From Welwitschia mirabilis (Eukaryota), in the NCBI GenBank assembly GCA_051453625.1, contig JBOZIK010000001.1, positions 17,068,336 to 17,127,050 on the forward strand: a DNA stretch of 58,715 nt. Reading direction: 5' to 3'. Both the position numbers and the translations under genes were made by a program. Each line of letters begins with the position of its first letter. The stretch's first letter is position 1. Below are positions 39,513 through 52,951 of this stretch, piece after piece. The notes under the pieces were generated by a model. It was not told the origin of the DNA. It saw only the letters and a list, made by a program, of their open reading frames with translations, and did no database searches.

Positions 39513-42500
39513 TTAATGAAAGGAATATTTTACTTTTATTATATGCATATCCCTTATGGTTTATGTTGGCTATAATTTTGTAATAACTACATAGTTTATT
39601 TAGACCAAAAGGAAAACCTTTGTTAAGTTTGACACTATTAGTTTGGATCTTACATTTATTTAATATTACATTTCCATAGTTGCATTTATTCTGTTTGATG
39701 TATCTTCTAGCTTATATTGGTCAGGGTTAAGTGATAGTTTTTCTTAATTAATCTAATTTATAAGGGCTGATCTTTCTGATAAAAAGGTTGATAGTTAAAT
39801 AGATTCATTACATTTACATTTCATCCTTAAGCATTTCATTATCATTCATCTTCTATTGTATGCTTATATTGTTTTTCATTTTCATTTACTTAAAGGAAAA
39901 AAAACCAAAAATACTTTATTACATCAATCCTCTAACTTCTAGCCTAGTTCCTTTAATAGATTATGACATTCGAGTTAACTTCCTCTATACTAGTGTATGT
40001 TTTTTCATAATTATTTATGATTAATAATATCTATTTAAGGACTTAAATATTATATAAATTCATAAAATTTTGATGTCATTGTTAGGGAATCCATAAGAAT
40101 CTAGAGGATTATCACTAACCAAATAAGTATCTTAGATTTTAATTATAGTTATTTATTTGAATATTACTATATTTCTACTCTAGATTTCGTAGGTTAATTT
40201 TTCACAATTTCTATTTTAGTAGCATTATAAAGCCCTGTCATCCTATTTGTCTACTAGACGATGTGGTGAACGATGGTCTGCATTTAATATTTTTCTTCTA
40301 TTTTCCAGAGTAAGATTTTATATTTCTTTTGTAGTGTAATAAAGTATGCATCATCACTTCTATTACCTAGATGATAAGGAAAATGACTATCAACATTTAT
40401 TTTCTATTTTTGGAACACATATTTATTAGTTATCTCTAATATCATCTAGAAGATAAATAAGCCAATGGCCATTACATCTTTTTCTTAGTATGTAAGAATG
40501 TGGTTAATTCTAGTAGTAGTATGAAATATTAAAGAGAGTGGAACTTGATTGAAGAAAACATCAAAGAAGGGTTATTCAACTATGAGCAAAATCTCGGTTC
40601 ATACACTTTGGATACACAAGTTCTAAGAGTTGAAGAAGAAATTTTTTTCCTTTTATTATTTTCAAGTTAAATTTTTTAAAAGAAAAGTGTGAAAATAATA
40701 GCATAGAAGTAGATCATGTTATTTTTTTCATCTATGTCAAGTAAAACATAAAAACAAAAGTAAGTAGCTTCATTTAATATATCAATCATGGTAGAAACTT
40801 CTACTTTGACCTCAAACACTACACTTAGAGACTTGTTTGCTAATAGAAAACATGAAATCTAAAATTCTTTCAAATTATTTTTTAATAATGAAATAGAGTT
40901 AAGAAACTTAAGTACATATCCAACATTCACGAAAGAACCTAAATAGGACCCTTTCTAACTTCTAGCTGACATTGAGTAACTTGTGCTTACGTTAGAAAAG
41001 GGAAAGAAATGTATTAATGATCAAACTTACATAGTTATCATTTCTATCACATTTAGAGAAAAACAAAATTTTAGCTTAAAACCATTCCACATAAGATTCT
41101 TAAATTATAGATTCAACTACAATAAGTTTTTATAAAGGATTTATGAGTAAAAGTACCATAAAAGAAGAAGGGAGATTACCAATTTTCAATAAGAACTTTA
41201 AAAATATTATTTCATAAATTATGAATAATTTATCATAGCTATTTATTCCAATCTTATTGATGAATTTCCTAAGGAAGAATTGATAGATTATTTTTATAGT
41301 GGATTAAATAGTCAAGCAAAACAACTTATAGACTTTTCTTATGGTGACAACTTAATGAACTTAATCTTAGAAGATGCATGGGAATTGTCAGAAGATTTTG
41401 TTGCAATAAGTTAAACTTGATCAAAATTAACTTCTAAAGGAAATTAAATTATAAGACAAATCATAAAAGACTTTAAAGAAGTAAAGCATAATAATAAGGA
41501 AGAGAAAGGCTATTCCATTAATATAATTAAATATTTTACTCTCACTATGGAGAAGTACACTCAAATGGTAGTTGATGGAAAAGTAGCAAAAGAAGGAAAT
41601 CCAACTTTAACATGTGATATATATGAAGACAACTCTCATCCAATAGAAAAATGCTCCTTGTTACCAACATTTTAGGCCTTATAACTTTAAAATTCAATCA
41701 TAATATTAATGAAGAATAAGTTGGAAATCAAATTGGAAACCTTTTAAGAATAGATTCAGAAACTTAAATGTCCAACCAAATAACTTTAACTAAGCATCTC
41801 AAAACTTCAACTCAATTAGAGTAATTCACTTAAAGATTCAATAGAAGAATTGAAAAAAATAAAAAAAAGCAAGAAGATAACAATAATAACATTAAGAACT
41901 TAGTTAATATCCTTTAACAAATAGTGTTAGCAAATCAATAACCATAATGATCTCTTTCATCTTAACCTTTATCAAACCCAAATAAAGTTAAAAGAGATTT
42001 GAAAATAGTAATTAGAAGTGGAAATGATATAACACAATTTACCCATAACATTTCCACATCCAAGAATGATGAGAAAGATGAGGAAGAATATGATGTAGAA
42101 ATTTTAGATACATATAACTTTTCTTTGATTTAAATGATAAGTGTACCATGGAAAAGTATTCATAGGAAAATAAAGGGAAAAAACCATCTATGCCTTGGCC
42201 TGATAGGTTATAGACAAATATTACCTATGATGAACACTTAAAAACCTTGATTTAAGATGTAAGCATTAACTTATCATTTTGAAAACTCTTGCAAGAAAAT
42301 CCTAAATATGATAAGATATGAAAAAACCTAGTTAAAAGAAAAAAAAAATGTACCATTCCTCATAAGCTTTTTCTTACTTAATGTATCTCCAACTTAGTCA
42401 TTCAAAAATATCCTAAATTTAAAAACCCTAGGAAAAAAATAATAAGTATTAATTTAAAAGGAAATAAGAGAATTCGAAAATCCTTAATTAACATAAGAGT

Positions 42501-44260
42501 AAGTGTAATCATCTTGCTTATTTACATATGTAAAAAACTTGGGTTGGAAAATAGAGTGAAACCTATATAAATCATCTTAGAATTGGCTAATACTTAAATT
42601 AAGAAATTCTTGAAAATATTTAAAGACTTAACTATCTAAATAGACAAAGTTTTCTATCCCATATATATAGTTATTATTAAAGTTAAATATGATAGAGGTT
42701 ACTCACTACTCTTAGAAAGATCTTTTTATGCAACTACCCTCCATATAGTTAACACACATACTGAAATGATGGAATGTCACATTAGAAATAAGAAATTCAT
42801 CATTAGAGTTTTTAATGCTATTAAGGAAAAAAAAAGAAGATGAGTGGAACTTATAAGAAGAAATTGAACCAACTTTATTTTTAAGAACATCACCCAATTA
42901 AAGAGATATTGATGATGCTACATGAATTAACTTTATATGATACTCCAACTAAAATACATTATTTTAATTATAAGGATGAGAAAGTTTTAAATTAGAAATA
43001 CATCCAACATGTAAACTAAATAGAAAATATTTTTCAGAAGCATCATCTACTATAGTGGTCTAGATGATTATCAATAATAGAAACTCAATAATAAAAACTA
43101 AAAATTAGAACCTAGAATGAAAAGAGTTATCCAAAGGTCTAAAATACATTTTTTTTATTCAACAATCTAAATAAATCTTTAGTGATAAGTAAAATATTTA
43201 TCCTTGAATAAGAATCCAATTTAATCTCACTTTTAACTTCTATGGAAAAAGTGTTTTCTTAGATCCATAAGGATTTAGATGTCATTCACCCTTTCATAGT
43301 TTAGCACTAGATATACTTTGAAGATAATGCTAAGCTAAATAGGTAACCCCAATGAAGGCTTAATTCAACCCCTAAACAAGTATTCAAGGATGAAATTATT
43401 AAACTTATAGATGCTAGGATTATCTATATTATATATGATAGTGAGTAGATTAGCCCCTTGATGATAGTTCCTAAAAAGGATGGAAAATAAAGAATGTGCA
43501 TTAACTTTAGAAAATGTAATAAGGTTACTAAGAAGAATCATTGTTTCTTATCCTTTTTTAATTAAGTGCTTAATATAATATAAGTACATGCCTACTACTA
43601 CTTTCTTAATGGGTATAGTGGTTACAATCATGTTTATATAGTTAATGAGAACCAAGAAAAGACAACTTTTACTTTTTCCTTTAGGACCTTTGCCTTTAGA
43701 AGAATGTCTTTTGGACTTTGTAATGCCCTTGGCACTTTTTAATGAGTAATGATGGATATTGTTTTTGATATTATAGAGGAATCCATTAAAATATTTATGG
43801 ATTACTTCTCAATCTTTAGTGAAACTTTTGAATAAAACATGAAAAAATTAGAGAAAGTCTTAGACAGATGCAAGGAAATTGATTTATACTTAAGTTGGGA
43901 AAAACATTTCTTTTTTGTCAATAATGAAATTATTTTAGATTGCCACATTTTTCATGAGGGAATTAGGATGGGCCTCACAAATGTTAGTATCATTTAAAAT
44001 CTTAACCCTCTAACTAATATTAAATAAGTTATATCTTTACTTGATCATGTTAATTTCTATTACTATTTTATTGAATATTATGCAACGATTTACCAATCTC
44101 TTTACTTGTTACATGAAAAAGAAGCTAAATTTGGTTGGAATTACTCAAGTCAACTTGCTTTTAAAAACTTAAAGATAAAATTTATTCTTAACCTATTATA
44201 ATAGGACCTAATTAGACTAATAGTTTTGAACTTATATGTGATTCTAGTAACATTGTTGTG
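39513..44260 (+). mobile_element. Athila-like element (partial 5' LTR, PBS, gag-PR-RT), interrupted at the start of RNase H
   Basis: 39513-40063 matches the reverse complement of ~50090-50640. PBS TGATGTCATTGTTAGGGA at 40071-40088. The coding region is homologous to 30195-34170. Confidence 0.88.
40787..44260 (+). pseudogene. Athila-like gag-pol, degenerate
   Basis: LIDYFYSGLNSQAKQLIDFSYG; EIIKLIDARIIYIIYDSE*ISPLMIVPKKDGK*RMCINFRK; FAFRRMSFGLCNALGTF; IFMDYFSIF; ends FELICDSSNIVV at the insertion point. Confidence 0.9.
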
Positions 44261-46332
44261 TGTTGCACTACCAAATTGTATGTATTTAATAGGGTATTTT
44301 AAGTAGTTTTATAGGATATTAGATAAGTTTATACTAAGTTTTAATNNNNNNNNNNNNNNNNNNNNNNNNNNNNNNNNNNNNNNNNNNNNNNNNNNNNNNN
44401 NNNNNNNNNNNNNNNNNNNNNNNNNNNNNNNNNNNNNNNNNNNNNNNNNNNNNNNNNNNNNNNNNNNNNNNNNNNNNNNNNNNNNNNNNNNNNNNNNNNN
44501 NNNNNNNNNNNNNNNNNNNNNNNNNNNNNNNNNNNNNNNNNNNNNNNNNNNNNNNNNNNNNNNNNNNNNNNNNNNNNNNNNNNNNNNNNNNNNNNNNNNN
44601 NNNNNNNNNNNNNNNNNNNNNNNNNNNNNNNNNNNNNNNNNNNNNNNNNNNNNNNNNNNNNNNNNNNNNNNNNNNNNNNNNNNNNNNNNNNNNNNNNNNN
44701 NNNNNNNNNNNNNNNNNNNNNNNNNNNNNNNNNNNNNNNNNNNNNNNNNNNNNNNNNNNNNNNNNNNNNNNNNNNNNNNNNNNNNNNNNNNNNNNNNNNN
44801 NNNNNNNNNNNNNNNNNNNNNNNNNNNNNNNNNNNNNNNNNNNNNNNNNNNNNNNNNNNNNNNNNNNNNNNNNNNNNNNNNNNNNNNNNNNNNNNNNNNN
44901 NNNNNNNNNNNNNNNNNNNNNNNNNNNNNNNNNNNNNNNNNNNNNNNNNNNNNNNNNNNNNNNNNNNNNNNNNNNNNNNNNNNNNNNNNNNNNNNNNNNN
45001 NNNNNNNNNNNNNNNNNNNNNTAAGAAAAATATCATGAAAACATGTATTATTTATTACATTTGATAGCATTTAATGTAAAATTTTAATATTTCCTATATT
45101 AAGCAATAATCTTGTAATTTAAGAGGCTGATCTAACATAAGAGATATCTTTACATTGACCATTTTCCACTTTATCATTTGAAAAATATTATGGATAATAG
45201 AAGAACTAATGCTTGCTAGGATACTTACTAGACTAATTTGGTAAGATAATTTGAATCCTATTTGATATGACATCATCTCTTATGATGTCTAGATAACTAG
45301 TAGAATGACACCTAAACATAATGCTTCATCAAACTTCAGTAAACTTCATCAAAATTTTGCCATGTATCATGTACCTTCTTGTGAAAAAATTAGGATTTCA
45401 TGATGTTTAAAAGTATTTGATATTTTTAGGGTGTTTATTTGTAATAAAGACCTTCAACATCCTTGGTTCTAACTTTATCTCTTTTAGCATTTAAAATTCT
45501 TATGATAGGAGGTTGAATGATAGGAGATCCATCCTTTGTTATTGCAGATAGATACCTTCCTTAGTGTTGGATTGTATATCCTTTAATGAGGTAGTGTAGC
45601 TTTGTAATATGGATTTTTGTTCAAATTAATAAAAACTCCATTTTTCTTTTTATATCTTTTATTATGTGCATCTCTCTTATAGCTTATATTACTTATGATT
45701 ATATAATAGCTTCATATATGATATAGATCATTAGGGTAACCTTTGTTAGGGTTGATATTATTAGTTTAGGTGTATTTCTTATCATTTTTTAAATTAACTT
45801 TGCATTATTTTTATATTTTATTTAATACATTTGATAGATTAGGTTGGTTTTGGTCTGCTAATGACTTTCCTTCATTGTTCTAGATTATACATGATCAATC
45901 TCTGTGATGGGCTAATTTGGTAATTGAATAGATGTTGCATTTAAATTAGTTTTCTATTCAATTTGCATAGTGTATTTATTTGCATTGTTATTTTGTTCTA
46001 CTTAGAAAGTGCATAAGTATTTCCTTTAAAATTATTTCTCTTTCTTCTCACTTATGCCTCTAATAGAATTATGAAATTTGAGTCTACTCCCATCTATATT
46101 AGTGTATTATGTTATGTAATATATATTCTTTCACAATTTTTAGAATTTATTTGAAGACATAACATTTGCACAAATATACATTACAACATCTTGACACTGT
46201 TACTAGGAAAGGCTACTTAGAGTTTGAGGATTTTCATTACTCATATAATTAGTTTGGGTTTTGATTTAGATATTTATCTATAGTAGTATTATATCTTTAC
46301 AGTAGAACCATAGTAATTATAATAAATTTTAA
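44261..46332 (+). mobile_element. Nested Athila-like element: 5' LTR 44261-46188 (gapped), PBS 46192-46209, short leader, then interrupted
   Basis: TGTTGCAC...TACAACA termini; PBS TGACACTGTTACTAGGAA (decayed Asp type); left flank TTGTG. Confidence 0.85.
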
Positions 46333-49300
46333 TGTAAATTATGCTTATTAATAAAGTATTTTTATTATCTTAATTATGTATTTTAAATTATAATAGATGT
46401 TTTTATTTATCAAACAATTACTAATTAATAGGATATTTCTTTAGTGTGTTAGTGTGTTACTATGTATATTTTATTATTTTATTTTTGGTACAGGATGCCA
46501 TATGGCATGAAGATGAAAGAGAAAGTTGAGTGGCAAAAAAGCTGTAATAAATCCTAATCATATACCTATTCATAAGAAGCAAAGATTTGGAAGGGACAAG
46601 GTGTAAGAATAGGATCACCACCAAAGGTAAAAATTTTTTAGCAAAATGGTTTATGAATAGATAAGGCAAGAAAGTCAAGAAAGGGAGCTCTAGCTATCCT
46701 ACAAAGGGCACAATGACATTTCCCATACTTCATAGTGTTACTTGCAAAGTAGAGCATAATCCTTAGTACATATTTATGTAATAATTGGTATTTTAATATA
46801 AAACTAAAAATAATATTTAAGTATCATTTTGTGCATATTTTATTACTTAAAAAAGTAATATTATCTCTATTTTCTCTTGTTTTTATAGCTAAATATAAAT
46901 CAGGATAATTAATAGTACTTATTACCCATCTTCTCATCTAAATTCTATCATGTTTTATTACTTTTACCATTTTTCCTTGCTATAAAATATGCATATTGTA
47001 ATTTAGTAGTAATAAACAAACCTGACTAGTTTAAGTAAGTTCATCATAAAACTATTATGATGATGCATTTTGAACTAAATGGTTAAATCTCAGCTAGTTC
47101 TTTAGTAATACTTTTGATTATTTTTATTTAATGATGTGAGCGTATTTTTAGATTAATAGTAGCATAGTTTCTACATTTTTCTAGTATTATTTTACATTGT
47201 TTGATATTATTTAGTAATATTTTCTACACTTATTTCATCATATAAGAATCCATAATTTTGGTATTAGATAGAGGGTTTCTCTAAAGTCAACTAGTGGAGA
47301 TGACAAAAACTATGATCTAATAAAATAGGCAAGGAAAATAGCAAGATGAAAGAAGTAGGTATGTTAGAGACCCACATAAATATGGTTTAGATGAGTGGAT
47401 TGGAAATAATGTTAAAATAAAAATAGAAGAAAAAGATTTTATAGAGGATGAAGCCACCTTTAGAAATATGGTAAAATAACAAGTCTTTCCTAAGTTAATG
47501 ATTGAATTTGAGCAATAATTGCATAACATTCTTGCATCACCTCACTTACAAAGAGAATATTATCAAAAGGTTTTAAATAAAAAAACATGAAAAGAAAGTT
47601 GCCATAAGATGCTATTTACAAGATGATGGAGATTCAAGACCATTAAATCATGATACCCATTGGTTAAAAGATTTAATTCCTATTAATCCTATAGCCTTAC
47701 AACAACTAGACAAAGTAAGAAATTTAAATATTACCACTATAACCATTTTTAAAAAAGAAAAACTTAGAAGAATTCCTATTACATTTAAGCTTATCTGATG
47801 CCTTTTTTAAAGCCAATTATCTTAACTGAGAATTAGACTTTCTAAGATATTTTTCTTTTTTCCTAAAAAGAGATGCTTAATTATGGTATCATAGAAATTC
47901 TAATCATGTTTTTAGTTCCTAGAAACTTTTAAAAATAGTTTCCTAACAAAATTTTAACTCATGAGTATTGTTTAAGAGCTAAGAAAACCAATATTAAACA
48001 TTAAATAAAGAGATAGTAAAATATTTAATGGGTTCATGAAATTACAACTAGAAAATGGATCATAGCTTTACTTAGAGGACTATAAATTTAGATGTTAAAA
48101 TAATTGGACTTGTTATGCAAAGAAAGCATTAAGACAAAGAATGTCTAAGAAATGAGAGAATTTCTCAATTCTATAACGTGAATTAAGGATGGAGACAAGA
48201 AAATTTTTAAAAAAAAAAGAAAAAAATGTTATGTACCCTAGAAGTAGATGGTAGTATATATAGTTCAAAAATATTAGTCTTATAGAAGAAGTACCTAAAA
48301 AAGTAACTAATAGTATGATAGAAAAGTTTGATTGGTTAGCTATATAACACTTTAAGAAGGAAGAAGAACCTACATGTAAATACTGTAGGAAAAATAATCA
48401 TGATGGAATATAATATCCTTAGATGTAAAAATTTGTTTAATAACTAGTTATAAATGGATTAGATTTAAATTCTAAAAATTAACCTCAAACTAGAAAGAAA
48501 CCCTATCTTTATTAAAGTAGAAAATGAAAAGGTAAAATACAAAGATCTTTATAAAGGTATGTAAATTTAAAAAGGTAATAATAGTATGACTACTATAGGA
48601 ATTGAAAAATAGAGATACAAAAGATAAAGAAAAGAAGGAAAAATTCCTACCTAACCTTAAATGCATCCTAGAGAAGTAAGGTAGTAAATACTAGAGTTGG
48701 GAAGCATAAAGTGATATATGAATCATAGAAAAAGAATATAGATTCAAGCAATTTCCTAGATAAAGAATAAAACTTTAATGAAAGAAAAACATTAGATGAT
48801 GCCTTAGCAGATTTTTTACTTTTTTAATAAGAATTTAAACAAATAGAGCATCCAAAAGTTAGAAAGGATATAAAATATCTAACAAAGATATTAGAAGATA
48901 CAAAAGTACCATTACCTCTTTTAAATTTATTAAAAGATTCGTCTATGTATTGAAAACAAATGAAGAGCACGTGTTTGAAACAAAAGAGTAAAAAGGAACG
49001 TAAGAAGGAAAAACAAATTGAAATGGTAAGGAAGGATCAAGTTCCTTGGGATTCCACATGAGTTATTTAAAATAAAAAATACAAAAAGTATAGTGATATG
49101 AAACACCTATGATAGATGTAAAATTGATGAAGAACTTAAAGTAGAAGCACTTATGCATTTTGGAGCAAGTATTAATGTTATAGCCTATGAAACTTATGAA
49201 GAATTGGAAAAACCAAAGTTAATACCTTACTAAGGAAAAAAGTACTTAGTAGATGGCTTAATAGTGATACCTGTAGGATTCTAAAGGATGTACCCATTAA

Positions 49301-50081
49301 ACTCTAAGGTTACATATACTTGATAGATTTATTAGTAATGAAGACGTAGTAAGATATCAATGTAGTATCTTAGGGAGACCTTGGATGGCTACTGCAGATT
49401 TTACTATTTATTCTAGAAGAGAGGTAATGAAAATTAGTCTGAGAGATCATAAAAAATATCTTAAACTTTTGACGATAATGGTTATTGAAGAAATGGTACA
49501 AAATACAAAAGAAAGAACTAAAACAATTCTAACACAAGAAGTTAATATACTGTTAAATAAATAAAATGAAGAGAAATAGAAGGAGGAAGATTTGACAACT
49601 CGAGAGATAAAAAATCCTTCTCTTAAGAAAGGATTAGAATATATTAAAGTATCTCCTAATAGACTTCTAATTATAAATAGTTGTTTAACTCATTCTTAGA
49701 AAAGAAAACTTAAAAAAATGTTGATTAAAATAAAAGAAACCTTTACTTGGGATCATACAAATATTAAAGAAATAGATTCAAAAATATGCTAACATAGAAT
49801 ATATTTAAATACTTTTATTAAATCAAGCAAACAACTAGAAATAATATGTAACCCACACATGCAAGAGATAATTAAACAAGAGATTTTTAATCTCTTACAT
49901 GTAGGATTTATCTATCCTATATCTAATTCAAAATGGATAAGTCTTATGATGGTTGTACCAAAAAAAAAAGAAATAAGTGGAGAGTGTGTATACACTTTAT
50001 AATGTTAAATACTACAACTTATAAAGATCACTTTCTTCTTTCATTTATAAATTAAGTTCTAGAAAGTGTATCTAGACATCA
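46333..50081 (+). mobile_element. Nested non-chromovirus gypsy element: LTR 46333-~47254, Met-type PBS, gag-PR-partial RT
   Basis: PBS TGGTATTAGA at 47259-47268; knuckle CKYCRKNNH (~48374); protease ALMHFGASINV and ILGRPWMATA; RT NPHMQEIIKQEIFNLLHVGFIYPISNSKWISLMMVVPKK, cut at ...VLESVSRH. Confidence 0.85.
47299..50081 (+). pseudogene. gag-pol (gag, protease, N-terminal RT), degenerate
   Basis: Carries the knuckle, protease and RT motifs quoted for 46333-50081, with many stops and frameshifts. Confidence 0.82.
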
Positions 50082-52698
50082 TGTTGTAGTGTGAATTTTT
50101 TATAATATTTAAGTCCTTAGACAAAAATTAATCATAATACTTGCAGAAAAACACATATTAGTATAGGTAGGAATCAACCCCAATGTCATAATCCATTAAA
50201 GGTAGTAGGGTAGAAGTTAGAGAATTTATTTCACAAGGTATTTTTAATTTTTTTCCTTTAGTAAATTAAAATAAGAATAATGTAAATATAATGTAATATG
50301 AATGATAATGAAATACAAATGAATCAAATGGAAGTGTAATGAGTCTATTTGGATTTCAATCCTTCTATCATAAAAATCGATCCTTAGATCAATTAGAAAG
50401 AGTTATCACTTGGCTATAACTAACATAAGATCTAGGATGTATTAAAAAGAATGTGGATAAATGTAAATATGAAAATGAAATAAAATAAAAAGCAATGCAA
50501 GATCTAAACTGACAGTTCCATCCTTAACAAAGATTGCCCTTATGATCTAAATAAATTATGAAATTTTCACTCAATCATAATCAACTTAAACCAAAAGGAA
50601 GTTTTACATAATAGAAGTAAAAAGAGTTCTTGTATTAATCATCAACTCACATCTACTTATAAATAAAGTAGTATCAACTCAATGAAAAATACTCAACCCA
50701 ACAGTAAGGTAATCTTCCCTCTGTAGCTAATCGATGGAGCTCTTGACCTTCAATTTCTATCACAATAATATTTAATACAAAAGATGAAAATGGTAGTAAA
50801 GTCAAAAGGGGTTATTTATAGTTTTACATTGAAGTTCTAAAAGAAAAACCCTAGAAGTTGGAGAAGAAATTCTAGCGACTCACATAGGTTATATGACCTC
50901 ATTACAAACATAATTATTCCATTCATATAAAAATGTTATCATCATATCTATCATGGAAATAATACTAGAGATGATACTTTATAAGAAGAGGTTAGTCATC
51001 AGTTTCAAACCCTATAGTTAATGTTGTAGCTTCAGTCGATGTTAGTAATACTATCATCTTAACTATCATGAGGACGATAGAGGGAATGAAAATCCTTTTT
51101 ATCTTTTTAGCTTAAGAGAAATCAGTCTTCTACATTATTAATCTTTCTTTTAAGATACAAAGTATTAGAATATGTATTAAATACCTCCAAATATGTCAAG
51201 AATTACATGTTTTAGTGATCATCCCATCAATTATGCATAATCATTAGATTTGCATCTAAACCTATATAAATATCATACAAAAGTACTCAAAATAGTACAT
51301 CAAAATCCTATAAATTGGCATTACAACATAGGCCTCTAGTTAGCCTTGTTAGTTCCTAACAAAGTAAGAGATCAATAATATTTTAAGCTAGTTTTGCTAA
51401 GATAACCAAGGAAAATTAAAATTGAGTTCAAAACTATTTTCTATATATGAATAAACATGAAAAAACAATTAACTGATATAATACCTATGAGGATGCATAA
51501 CATATAGTACTTGTAAAATTAGCATAAAAATTAGATTCCTATAACATGATTATCAAAAAATTCAAGTACTAAATATTCATTAGCTCCATACTTAAAACAT
51601 TTAATACATCATAAGATAATAATTAAATGGCATACATACTAATCATAGTAAGGTATAATAATGACAATCCAAAAAATGATGATATGTAGGCATAATCAAA
51701 GGAGTAATAACTAAAAATGATGTGTATAAATGAATTAGAGAGTTTTAAAAAAATAATATACAAGGGGTAGAATACAAAGAATAATCATAATATTACTTCC
51801 CTCATGCATGCTTTTTTAAATGTTCTAAATCATACCTATAGGAAAACTCTATAATTGTATTGCAATGATCTTGCTAAAAAATATACTTGATGAAAATTAT
51901 ACGAGTAGTATGAAATCATATCCAAATAATCTCATCATATTTATTGATTATTAAATCTAAAAATGGTCATTAAAATTAAAAATTTTACTCAATATCTCAG
52001 AAGTAGCTTAAAAAGATGTTCTGCCTATTCCCTTCCTTAAGTAAACGAATATGTCCTGGATTGCAATAGTGACAAAAATACTACTATCATCCTCTATGTC
52101 ATCTGAACGATAAACATGAGATGATGCCCACTAAAGGAGATTTTTGGAAAATAGTAAAGATCAATAAAAATTTGATAAGCAAGGGTATTAATAGTCAAGC
52201 AAGGAGACGTGGCAATTTCAGTATGTTTATAAGCTTTGTCTTGTTTCATGGTTCTATTTTTTGGGCTAATCTAATCCCTCTTTTCTGGTTTTGTTAGTTT
52301 CGGTAGAATCCTTTTTCAAATTTCTGGTTTTGGCCATGTTAGGACTTCTATGACCCAGTGGCCTAGCTTGGTGTCATCTCTATCCCTGGTTTTTTGTAAG
52401 TGTTACACCTTTAAAAGTTCCAGTAATGAAAGCTCTCAAAACTTCATTTAAAAAAAAAATAGTCAAGCATAAGAAAAATATCATAAATTTAGAAAGATGA
52501 TTAATAGTGAAGAATCATATCAAAAACAATAATCATGATGAAAAGAGATAAATCTGAAAAGAAATCAAGGTGAAAAGAATAGGAACATAATAATGCATTA
52601 AGTATGAAAAGGAAATACTTAGAAGAAATCCTTAAATTTACTTAAACTTGATAAGCATGTAAAAGTAGCAAATCGAAACTTAAAAGAGAAAGTGTTTA

Positions 52699-52951
52699 TA
52701 AGATTTCTTTTGTTTTCCATAAATAGTGAATTAGTTCTTATGTTATGTGATAATAAATAAATTTTGATGATTTGATGGTGATTTAAATGAGTTTAAGCTA
52801 AACTTAATGACTTGACTTAGTTTGACTAAAGTTGACCAACTTTGACTATGTTTGACTCTAGTTAACTAACTTACTCACTCTGACTGACATCATTTGACTC
52901 ATTTTGACTAACTTTGACTAGTTTGACTAACTTCGACCAAGTTTGAATAAG
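52699..52951. repeat. Direct-repeat copy 1: TATA-like motif plus array of TTGAC(T/C) at ~10-bp period
   Basis: Homologous to 53777-54158; 9 TTGACY hexamers between ~52812 and ~52928. Confidence 0.9.

Noticed and set aside
44309-45070. Long ORFs of 231-253 aa
   Set aside because: They consist almost entirely of N-gap (X) codons.
38585-47254. The two homologous ~0.93-kb LTRs as ends of one element
   Set aside because: The PBS follows the right copy rather than the left, no PPT precedes the right copy, and the intervening DNA belongs to other elements.
4480-47529. Numerous 60-100 aa ORFs as host genes
   Set aside because: They are either fragments of gag/pol frames or low-complexity antisense ORFs within retroelements; no exon-intron host gene structure is evident.
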